From Patescibacteria group bacterium (GTDB lineage: Bacteria; Patescibacteriota; Patescibacteriia; UBA2591; CALHIP01), in the NCBI GenBank assembly GCA_026417895.1, contig JAOACJ010000016.1, forward strand, positions 20,015 through 84,014: 64,000 nucleotides of DNA. The letters run 5' to 3'. Positions 21,701 to 27,166 of the stretch are shown here, piece after piece. Both the position numbers and the translations under genes were made by a program. Within the stretch, counting starts at the first letter, position 1; every line of letters begins with the position of its first letter. The notes below the pieces were generated by a model. The model made no database searches. It had not been told where the DNA came from and was given only the letters and a program-made list of their open reading frames with translations.

Positions 21701-22256
21701 GAGCAATGAGTTTTTCTTTCGCCTCTCTTATCCTTTCTTTCATCTTCGAAATAGGGCAACGTGCCTCATATTCAAAAGGAATTTTTGGCGGCTTTACAAA
21801 TAAGAGAATATTCAGTTTTATTGTCGGATCAATCGGATCACAAAGGCTTTGGAGACCAAAACCTTTAGTCGCCACTTCATCTAAAAGATCACCGACAACA
21901 GAATCAGCCATTTTGTTCCAGTATTCTTTGTCGGTAAAAAACATTGGTTTGCCAGCTTTACCGCCAGTGGCCAGCCAAGTAGCTGATTCGGTGACAAATT
22001 TTTGGGCAAAACCTTCAAGAAAGCTTTTATAAAGAATGGCTATTACCTGATATTTTACCTTGTCATAAATCCTAATAGCTTGACTTTTTATCCATTCTAA
22101 AACCCGGGGAATATCACCGACGGTTGTGGAAGCTCCTTGAGCATATGCTGGTTTCGGCCAAAATAAAAGAGGAGTAAGTAGGGAGAAAATCATTACTCCG
22201 AGTAAAAAACTGATGATAATTTTTCGAAGATGTTTTTTCATTTTCCCTTTTTTCAA
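12741..22256 (-). CDS. giant secreted cysteine-rich surface protein with three CBM_4_9-like carbohydrate-binding modules
   Basis: 3171-aa uninterrupted ORF. N-terminal signal peptide (…LLTPLLFWPKPAYAQG), very many Cys in CxxC / CC / C-x-n-C arrangements, no TM after the signal. Three modules carry the CBM_4_9 signature (N..FE…W…G..Y.LSFWVK…YLDD): around LLPGTKYTLSFWVKNKDQ…IYLDDLQLEV, QKGRSYLLSFWVKRASNN…FYLDNITLKEV and NGDFEIGSG…VYFDDIEFKP. Confidence 0.8.
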   Translation of the reverse strand: MKKGKMKKHLRKIIISFLLGVMIFSLLTPLLFWPKPAYAQGASTTVGDIPRVLEWIKSQAIRIYDKVKYQVIAILYKSFLEGFAQKFVTESATWLATGGKAGKPMFFTDKEYWNKMADSVVGDLLDEVATKGFGLQSLCDPIDPTIKLNILLFVKPPKIPFEYEARCPISKMKERIREAKEKLIAQYKEGLKGYVNVEYVPGQPPQVQVKIKNAIRIDTKLYDVNKSNLINIADQLSGHQQLFLTEWDKYLQESKKIGPPNISGVLNSLSTIKERLKAITQGPPTFQTSLNWWLGRKWTSDGYRPIEAPVRCLNKSQEEFCQNPNCYNGACPGINNATQCQNNYSYCFEAIKRAQNYASQLSEWATTLEKMVDEAREAVEKGTPSPDLNILEDIQKTFTPEGSDLGVAMSLKSGILSKAAEKVGADKFFQSLQGQFQSVTSKISGKALLPAGLTEERARQMIAEGKASLKVYTGVLVADVANTFIQTFFSKFLERLFQKEGLNPEASPSGRTSWEGGIPASPTQEKIEAIYADLKTVSFKKPSGEINLLEEFAACPTETKYALPYNCVIDGGFARAIEENLTIKEAIEKNYLHGNWYVGSYGLTDGARDFSSRYSLTNLKKLRRARVIPLGLEIAAEKISRGDFGDAKFTLAQIVEGFDKVSSDGDCTIYVQGDPKSNTTEKKCEGSIGSWDSSANCCKKDGQCLVSASPFCHLVDPNWVLKLPSMQCNLMAYSAIPLPASNERQETCIEMKDCVGENEDGTCHTYGYCTREKNIWRLAGTQCPAYYNTCQLYTRTKDNQRFAWLKNTLDFGDCDANSVGCQWYCQRWNKDFAEGAGGWICTEPNQSLNIQPNGSVGSPRSVSDPFNTIFFNKFVETCPATSEGCSEFIRTKENLGTNLLPNSSFEDYSETSTTTTPTILVKGWQITSGQFLVDEAEAKSGKVSAKFTGSGKVELASTDNVDISLLPGTKYTLSFWVKNKDQSNDREIQVKINNSVTKIIPISKNTPWQRVSTDFIAPNNKKIIDLEIAVNGTGIYLDDLQLEVGSLSSYKSYASTNKIYLKKAPDWMKCYNRDNNGNLITNDDDHACADYALACQQDEVGCEKYTPVLGGPYLPAVARDTDRCPRECVGYEVFKQKPTHFYSEEDAYFIPRTVRICPASEVGCEEFTNLDVVNRGGEGREYYSYLRPCQKPRAECQYFYTWIGSETTGYQLKRYYLLAKTTTNGFEPDEMLSSNNAQALWGRCQNSQDARTNPHCKEFYDANGHVSYKLYKNTITCSETCVPLRKTTTVISGYCPTSTQGGLALNGVEFNNGICTYMAIPAEGERCSSVNVGCREYQGNAANNLRILFEDDFESLTVEPWIDGELSSESIYFGGRSMRVANNNNSVSRPVQDLVQKGRSYLLSFWVKRASNNSTTLTIRFRGNDNNIDFPSLPALTTGEWYSFTVGPVYFQREVANDERLVILSSSPFYLDNITLKEVRQNIFAIKNSWQTPTVCDQDLTGASAPGYHLGCAEYRDRANQSHFFRSFSKLCPEIKIGCEALIETKNSTSPFSETFNLTDPDEPKDNVLVPADQLTYLVVDQTKACPAGDKGCQKFGLPNLSQGEPISWTDFYLKNNPDLYTRRPILCRYHQQNCEEFEQAAAGKVYFKDPGEKICVWREKVPIGSEYRTGWFKKGTDQPCYTNYLPDGVTYGIKFSEESGYQGLVGECEERFAGCTEYIEPLRTAGVTNYVQNGDFEIGSGSSGQGPAPNWSYGYSGNSSTVSWDGASKSLKIANDTPHTVGADTRKIYAASQIVEIPHKNQKSFVLNFKVKVVSTSHLSYPSGHVNLKYEGWRGVTQLNGCQTEECQDWQEYKNHCGSSQSCCSWVGGNWSNNQCNISGQPKCKFNRGNLKECIAFLIKNGGNPWGDNLNHWPWNYEHGYEIGASIDASTTITSWQKRSLRVVAGGPLNPKNLAIEEIKIIPLLAPAYWHGGCSKTNAGDCTTIQNCPNCPWRCCEAFGEVYFDDIEFKPLDPYYYLDNNQLDKASCRGQVSLKEGCVLFKAQNDPSAIYNSIATYAKSEANQHRLVSPIDCTKKPWPVDGQGNPVNSDDNCTNSNFANTDYCRYCYALGQNTNDTNLILKVRRDRVCGEWLYCAGKRYVWQENQQRFLEICDYFLRCQKQTGEGSGAQCTLVSTETPEVLTEQKYKNRDFGWTGMDYSGYSLYNFYPVEMLRPKNYPNGYALSYLSGTTDYGVGNRTCTRNEDCPKGQVCYQSKCVVSPTCKLYPENTSPFSREVEGTYRGLNLCTERGGNNCLCSYRKAESVLGEPTYYFNLETDVESIKVCTQAENPQDLGKCCSPPCPNGMAVAFREDCTRTDEGRKNNQGKCEPMKKITDYIGLAGYCLEPDLEKPKEIQACLTWFPGEVETGLDSYNQVRSAGYFPSSDRRWYGYERYTRPAEISGFAPTFFPLGFNLTSSFPGQRLGGNWGCFADRLIQPLYLGGDYGNKCSEYTNYGETDLGYCFLAEGGEGTILQAKYIPYLERKIKREEIQKIIVKAKFRWENTTCSDLNTVDCSSSNKCCGPFDLELGPNNFKRAAYLHATHQNSSGYVCKSNGTCPVGGACLADECPDKNKSCLFIQAEFDQENYLRNFHLEFNEDGSGWGGAIIYTINLHLKSGANLPIKAYLAPASEINVAEGASCWRKDSNNNSRGCCQDYLGFSSEELKRDGSVTRQWACDGTDKEMASCFRGDQRKGSPSQAIYLYSSSYFAKSGNNFYYLDRKIYEYMIDRIEIDWKIDKSNPGDCKFGADYQGTIILPYEDPATKEKKYEKEVTGKGNGEARLFVQTIFDQKEGELKGFKVEFNDDDAGHGAAALTGIRIILKEAANKLVKINDKPYLPTVVNTNLVKLKPGTDVPYGNLTDILDYSYECLPRGATGFQGTMPKKYIIDSKGEVCHLYSGGIYDSDAVIKKLFPKSYAWSYLDVNTLSYLPGNIANNWDSRSDTSLHPTDRSPQIQSVNFSTGVPAGGTVGKITIGNQESGNILISGKTYTATLRFYAWADGAYMPVREVVVDWGDGFRSGSSNMITKNRKPVCKKGTDGLPLSFGDDPDACLNQYWEFVHTYLCTNPNGCSYQPKVYVKDNWGWCAHSASTPTTPYAGDFSCLDPDGNPGTSTPANFGVPYDGQIILNP

Positions 22257-22262
22257 TTTTAC

Positions 22263-23021
22263 TTATTTTTGTGCTTCTTTTACGGCTTGTAAAAACAGGT
22301 TTTTTAAGGTGGCATCATCAATTTGATCGAGAGTAGTTTTGTCCGCTCCGACCGAAAGCATCAACTGCCGAATAGTCGCTGGATCCAAATTTTCAAAACC
22401 AGTTAAATTTTCAGCAAAGGGTTGGTTAGTGGGAGGTGTATTAGTTATTGATAAATTGATCAATTTTTGCTGTTCAGCGATAATTTTAGAAAAATCTAAT
22501 TTGCCTAATCCGCTTGATAATTGTTTTTTTAACTCCTCAGGATCAATGCCTGTCTCTTGGATAGTTTCATTATACAACTTTTTTAGAGTTTCGTCATCAA
22601 CCTTGTCTAGGGTTTCTTTAGGTAGACCAGCTTGAATTAATATCTCTTTAATTTCCTCAACTGTTAGTTCTTTCTTTTCTTCTATTTTGGACCCCTCGGC
22701 AACTTTTTTCAAGGGGGTTGATTTGGGATTTAGAGGGTCAGAACCAGCCTCAATTTCTTCTTTGTCGGGATAATTATCAGAATCTGAATCGGATAGGTAA
22801 ATTGAGGTTTTATATTTAAAAACCTCATCAACATCAGAAAGACCATCTTTATCCGTGTCCCTCTGGGCTAATAAAGACTGAATTTCTTCATTAGTTAATT
22901 TATTTTCGTATTTTGGCACTCGAAACGGTCCTTGAATTGACTCTTTAATTCTAAAAAAGCCAAAAAAAAGGGTAAAAATAGCTAAAAGAGCTAAGCCAAT
23001 TAAAGGACCATGATTTTTCAT
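22263..23021 (-). CDS. membrane-anchored protein with Ca-binding-like Asp-rich loops and an internal duplicated helical motif
   Basis: 252 aa. N-terminal TM LIGLALLAIFTLFFGFF. DTDKDGLSDVDE and DSDSDNYPDKEE resemble thrombospondin-type-3 / dockerin-like calcium loops. There are two copies of ..AG..K.TLD..DD.TLK.L... The start overlaps the ksgA stop by 2 nt. Confidence 0.5.
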   Translation of the reverse strand: MKNHGPLIGLALLAIFTLFFGFFRIKESIQGPFRVPKYENKLTNEEIQSLLAQRDTDKDGLSDVDEVFKYKTSIYLSDSDSDNYPDKEEIEAGSDPLNPKSTPLKKVAEGSKIEEKKELTVEEIKEILIQAGLPKETLDKVDDETLKKLYNETIQETGIDPEELKKQLSSGLGKLDFSKIIAEQQKLINLSITNTPPTNQPFAENLTGFENLDPATIRQLMLSVGADKTTLDQIDDATLKNLFLQAVKEAQK

Positions 23022-23022
23022 A

Positions 23023-23841
23023 TTAAAAATCTTTTACAAAAACCCCAATGTTTTGATAAAGTTTTAGCCAGTCTTCTAAATCGAGGTTTTCTGCCCTCAC
23101 TTCTTGTGACCAACCGATTGCCTGAAAAAGTTCTTTTAACTTTTCCTTTTCTATGATTCTGGTTAAGTTGTTAACTAATTTTTTTCTGGGATGAGCAAAG
23201 CCAGTTTTAATTATTTTGAAAAATAAATTTCTTCTAATTTTGGAAAAACGAGGTTTGAGGTTGGTAATTTTCAAAATGGCGGAGTCAACTTTTGGTTTTG
23301 GCCAAAAATTATTTTTCGAAACAATTTGAACAATTTCTGGCTGACCATAAAAATTAACCATCAAAGAAATGATACTCTTTTTTTTATTTTTAGCAAGAAT
23401 CCTTTCGGCCACTTCTTTCTGAACCATTAAAACCATTAGTTTTGGCCTTGGTTCTTTAGTTAAAAATTTTCGTAAAACGACACCGGTAAGATAATAGGGT
23501 AAATTAGCGACAATTTTATAAGGATTTTTTAATTTTAAATTTTTAATTTTTAAGATATCGCCTTGAATAATTTCTAAATTTTTAACCTTTTTAAACTTCT
23601 CTTTTAAGAAATTAACTAATTTTTTATCAATTTCTATGGCTAATACTTTCTTAACTTTTTTGACTAATTCTTGAGTTAAAATGCCTAAACCTGGGCCAAT
23701 TTCTAAGACAAAATCGCCTTTTTTAAGCTCGGCCGCCTGAATTATTGTTTTTAAAATACTGGGATTAGTTAGGAAATTTTGCCCTCTTTTTTTTAGAGGC
23801 CGGAAATCTAAGGTTCGACAGATTTCTTTTACCTTCTTCAT
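23023..23841 (-). CDS. rsmA: 16S rRNA (adenine1518/1519-N6)-dimethyltransferase
   Basis: KKRGQNFLTNPSIL…GDFVLEIGPGLGILT (SAM-binding GxGxG) …NLEIIQGDILK; length 272 aa. Confidence 0.85.
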   Translation of the reverse strand: MKKVKEICRTLDFRPLKKRGQNFLTNPSILKTIIQAAELKKGDFVLEIGPGLGILTQELVKKVKKVLAIEIDKKLVNFLKEKFKKVKNLEIIQGDILKIKNLKLKNPYKIVANLPYYLTGVVLRKFLTKEPRPKLMVLMVQKEVAERILAKNKKKSIISLMVNFYGQPEIVQIVSKNNFWPKPKVDSAILKITNLKPRFSKIRRNLFFKIIKTGFAHPRKKLVNNLTRIIEKEKLKELFQAIGWSQEVRAENLDLEDWLKLYQNIGVFVKDF

Positions 23842-23855
23842 CTTTATTCCCCTAC

Positions 23856-23895
23856 CGTCTTATTTTTTATAACGATCGTTATAAATTTTAAGACG
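23856..23895. repeat. 40-nt imperfect palindromic element, copy 1 (between the wHTH gene stop and the ksgA start)
   Basis: CGTCTTAttttTTATAACGaTCGTTATAAAtttTAAGACG; the arms are reverse complements apart from a 3-nt internal T/T mismatch. Confidence 0.6.
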
Positions 23896-23906
23896 ATGGT
23901 TGCTTA

Positions 23907-24467
23907 TTATTTTTTATTATTAATTTGAACCTCTTCAATTAAGAGAAGACGGGTGTAGGGTTTAAGAAAATATTTTTTAATTAAATTTTCCGTTTTGGCT
24001 AAAACGTCATAAGGAGAGACCCAAATACTTTTTTGGAGCATTTGGAAGCCTAACCCCTGGAGTCCGGCACGGAGGAAATTTCTTTTTATTCTAATTTTTT
24101 CTGGAATATCAAAAATAATCATCAACCACTTACCATCTTTTCTCTTTTTAACTTCTTTCAAATTTTCTTTTACTTCTAAAATTTTTCTTTTCCCCTCTTC
24201 GCTCAGAAGCCAGCCTCTTGTTTTGTCTTTTTGAAAGCTTTTAATTAGACCTTTCTTTTTTAAATAATAAATTAAATTACGAAAAGCTCGTCGGCCAGTT
24301 TTTTTCTGGTAGATTTGTCGAAGTCTTTTATATTCAGGATAAAGAACGTCTTGCCAACTTCTCGGTGGCCAATTTAAAAAATCACCAAATTTCTCATAAA
24401 TTTTATATAAATCCCAAAGAAATTTTTCTGTCCAAGAAACCCTTTTTGAGATAATAAATTTTGACAT
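23907..24467 (-). CDS. winged-helix DNA-binding protein (PaaX-like N-terminus) with a C-terminal Cas2/VapD-like motif pattern
   Basis: 186 aa. N-terminal AFRNLIYYLKKKGLIKSFQKDKTRGWLLSEEG resembles a wHTH recognition helix plus wing. C-terminal WLMIIFDIPEKIRIKRNFLRAGLQGLGFQMLQKSIWVSPYD matches the beta1 (hhhhYD[IV]) - alpha1 (R..L...L...G.R.Q.SV) arrangement of Cas2-fold proteins. Confidence 0.5.
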   Translation of the reverse strand: MSKFIISKRVSWTEKFLWDLYKIYEKFGDFLNWPPRSWQDVLYPEYKRLRQIYQKKTGRRAFRNLIYYLKKKGLIKSFQKDKTRGWLLSEEGKRKILEVKENLKEVKKRKDGKWLMIIFDIPEKIRIKRNFLRAGLQGLGFQMLQKSIWVSPYDVLAKTENLIKKYFLKPYTRLLLIEEVQINNKK

Positions 24468-24494
24468 AAAATATCGTTAAATTCTCATTTATTG

Positions 24495-24533
24495 CGTCTT
24501 ATTTTTTAATGCGGTCGTAATAAATTATAAGAC
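24495..24533. repeat. 40-nt imperfect palindromic element, copy 2 (between the leuS stop and the wHTH gene start)
   Basis: CGTCTTATTTTTTAATGCGGTCGTAATAAATTATAAGAC shares gTCTTATTTTTTAwwnCGnTCGTwATAAATTwTAAGAC with copy 1. Confidence 0.55.
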
Positions 24534-24574
24534 AAATCAAAGGGCAAAGCAAGGAGTGAAATTAATCAATGAAA

Positions 24575-27088
24575 TTAATCAATAACGAAATTAATTAATT
24601 TGGAAGGGATAAAAATAACCTTTTTAATCTCTTGGCCAATTAGATATTTTTTGACTTTTTCTCGGTTTTTAGCTAAATTCTCAGCCTCTTCTTTTGAAAT
24701 AGTAATAGGAACTTCAATCTTCTCCCTAATTCTTCCATTAATCTGGATAATTAACTCAACTTTTTCTTCTTGAAGCAAACTGTCATCTGCCCTAGGCCAT
24801 TTTTCTAAAAAAATACTTTTCTTTTGGCCAATTTTTTGCCAAAGCTCTTCAGCTAAATGAGGAGCAAAAGGAGAAAGAATTTTCAAAAACAACCCACTTT
24901 CTTCTAGAGAAAGTTTTTCGTTCGGTTGAGACCAAAAATTAATCAATTCCATCAAAGAAGCAATGGCGGTATTAAATTTCATCATTTCAATATCTTGAGA
25001 AACCTTTTTGATCGTTTGATGAAGTTTTATTTTCATTTTTTTTGATGACGGACCAAATTTTTCTTTTTCCTGAAAAATTTCCCAAATTCGATTTAAAAAT
25101 CTGAAACAACCAATCATACTTTTAGTCTGCCACGCAATAGTCTCATCAAAGGGTCCCATAAACATTTCATAAACTCGTAATGTATCAGCACCATATTTTT
25201 TCACTATCTCGTCGGGATTAATAACATTGCCGAAACTTTTGCTCATCTTTCGCCCATCTTCACCCAAAACAATACCTTGAGAGGTTCTCTTTTGATATGG
25301 CTCAACGGTCGGGACAATACCAAGATCAAATAAAAATTTATAAATAAAACGAGAGTATAAAAGATGGAGGGTCGTATGCTCCATGCCGCCGTTATACCAA
25401 TCAACTGGTAGCCAATATTTTAGTAATTTTGAATTTTTCAGTTTGAATTTTGAATTTTTTTTCACTAGATAAGCAAGGTAGTACCAATTTGAACCAGCCC
25501 AATTCGGCATTGTATCAGTTTCTCTTTTGGCTAAACTACCGCATTTTGGACATTTTGTCTTAACCCATTTTTTAATTTTTGCTAATGGTGATTCGCCAGT
25601 ACCGGATGGTTGATACTTTTCTAAATAAGGTAGTTTAACGGGTAAATCTTTCTCAGCTACCGCCACCCAACCAGGATTTAAAATTTCCCCTTTACTAAAA
25701 TTTTGAATTTTGAATTTTGAATTTTGAATTTGTTGGGTGTTTGAAAATTGGGTATTGAAATTTTCTACTAATTTTTTGCAGTTTTTACAAAAAATTAGAG
25801 GGATCGGTTCACCCCAGTAGTGTTGACGAGAAAAAATCCAATCACGAAGTTTATATTGAACACTTTTCTGTCCTAAACCCTTTTGCTCTAACCAGTGAGT
25901 AATTTTTTCAATTGCTTCTTGAGACGATAAACCGCTAAACTGGTCGGAATTAATCAATCGACCATAACCAGTATAAGCTTTCTGACTAATATCGCCGCCC
26001 GCCACTACTTCTTTGATCGGTAAATTATATTTTTTGGCAAACTCAAAATCCCTCTCGTCATGAGCCGGCACAACCATTACCGCCCCACCACCATAAGTAG
26101 CAATAACATAATCACCAACCCAAACAGGGACCCTCTCTTGACTAACTGGATTAATGGCAAAAATACCCTTTAAAGGTACTCCTGTCTTCTCTTTTTCTAA
26201 TTTTGTCCTCTCAAACTCAGATTTTCTTTTTGATTTTTCAATGTATTTTTTAACCTCTTCTAAATTCTCTATCCTAGACTCCAAGTTCTTAATAATTTTA
26301 TGCTCAGGAGCAACAACTAAAGCCGTGACACCAAAAATCGTATCAATTCGTGTTGTAAAGACTTCGATTTGAAATTTGGCATTTGAAATTTGGAATTTAA
26401 CTGTTGTTCCCTCTGACCGACCAATCCAATTAATCTGTTGAGTTTTAATTTTCTCTAAATAATCAACATATTTTAAATCATCAATCAAACGATCGGCATA
26501 TTGAGTAATTCTCAATAACCACTGTTTAATCATTCTCTGCTCGGTAACGGTTCCACACCTTTCACACTTGCCTCCAATCACCTCCTCGTTGGCCAAACCA
26601 ATCTTACAGGATGGGCACCAATTAATTGGCATCTCAGCTTGATAAGCTAGGCCATGTTCAAAAAGTTTCAAAAAGATCCACTGCGTCCATTTATAATATT
26701 CTGAATCCGTTGTATTAATTTCACGCGACCAATCAAAAGAAAGGCCTAAAGATTTCAGCTGTTTTTTAAAAACTTTAATATTCTTTTTGGTAATTTCAAT
26801 CGGATGAAGGCCGGTTCTGATAGCATAATTCTCTGTTGGTAAACCAAAAGCATCCCAACCAATAGGAAATAAAACATTATAACCTTCCATCCTTCTTTTA
26901 CGAGCCAAAACATCAAGGCCAGTATAAGACCGAACATGACCAACATGAAGTCCATCGCCAGAAGGATAAGGAAATTCAACTAAAAGATATTGTTTTGGTT
27001 TAGAAGAAAGGTCTTTGGCTTGGAACAACTTCAATCTTTGCCAGATTTTCTGCCATTTTTTTTCAATTTTTTTTGGTTGATAGATCAT
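24575..27088 (-). CDS. leuS: leucine--tRNA ligase
   Basis: Class I HIGH motif (PYPSGDGLHVGHVRSY), KMSKS motif (RKMSKSFGNVINP), zinc-binding CxxC pairs, 837 aa. Confidence 0.95.
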   Translation of the reverse strand: MIYQPKKIEKKWQKIWQRLKLFQAKDLSSKPKQYLLVEFPYPSGDGLHVGHVRSYTGLDVLARKRRMEGYNVLFPIGWDAFGLPTENYAIRTGLHPIEITKKNIKVFKKQLKSLGLSFDWSREINTTDSEYYKWTQWIFLKLFEHGLAYQAEMPINWCPSCKIGLANEEVIGGKCERCGTVTEQRMIKQWLLRITQYADRLIDDLKYVDYLEKIKTQQINWIGRSEGTTVKFQISNAKFQIEVFTTRIDTIFGVTALVVAPEHKIIKNLESRIENLEEVKKYIEKSKRKSEFERTKLEKEKTGVPLKGIFAINPVSQERVPVWVGDYVIATYGGGAVMVVPAHDERDFEFAKKYNLPIKEVVAGGDISQKAYTGYGRLINSDQFSGLSSQEAIEKITHWLEQKGLGQKSVQYKLRDWIFSRQHYWGEPIPLIFCKNCKKLVENFNTQFSNTQQIQNSKFKIQNFSKGEILNPGWVAVAEKDLPVKLPYLEKYQPSGTGESPLAKIKKWVKTKCPKCGSLAKRETDTMPNWAGSNWYYLAYLVKKNSKFKLKNSKLLKYWLPVDWYNGGMEHTTLHLLYSRFIYKFLFDLGIVPTVEPYQKRTSQGIVLGEDGRKMSKSFGNVINPDEIVKKYGADTLRVYEMFMGPFDETIAWQTKSMIGCFRFLNRIWEIFQEKEKFGPSSKKMKIKLHQTIKKVSQDIEMMKFNTAIASLMELINFWSQPNEKLSLEESGLFLKILSPFAPHLAEELWQKIGQKKSIFLEKWPRADDSLLQEEKVELIIQINGRIREKIEVPITISKEEAENLAKNREKVKKYLIGQEIKKVIFIPSKLINFVID
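25434..25470. repeat. intragenic TTTGAATTTT-type microsatellite in leuS (site 1)
   Basis: attttgaatttttcagtttgaattttgaatttttttt; encodes KNSKFKLKNSK in LeuRS. Confidence 0.6.
25697..25731. repeat. intragenic (TTTTGAA)x4.5 perfect tandem repeat in leuS (site 2)
   Basis: Four perfect 7-nt units at 25700-25727; encodes QIQNSKFKIQNFS. Confidence 0.7.
26367..26398. repeat. intragenic ATTTGAAATTTGG x2 tandem repeat in leuS (site 3)
   Basis: atttgaaatttggcatttgaaatttgg; encodes VKFQISNAKFQIE. Confidence 0.6.
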
Positions 27089-27089
27089 C

Positions 27090-27118
27090 TTGACTAAATT
27101 TTAATCTTTTCTTATAAT
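27090..27118 (+). promoter_or_regulatory. sigma70-like promoter, TTGACT-17nt-TATAAT
   Basis: Perfect -10 TATAAT at 27113-27118 and -35 TTGACT at 27090-27095 with a 17-nt spacer, about 50 nt upstream of the LysM-CHAP gene start. Confidence 0.5.
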
Positions 27119-27166
27119 AATAGCAAGTCAATGAAAGCTTAAAAAGCTATTTTTTATGCAAAAATA

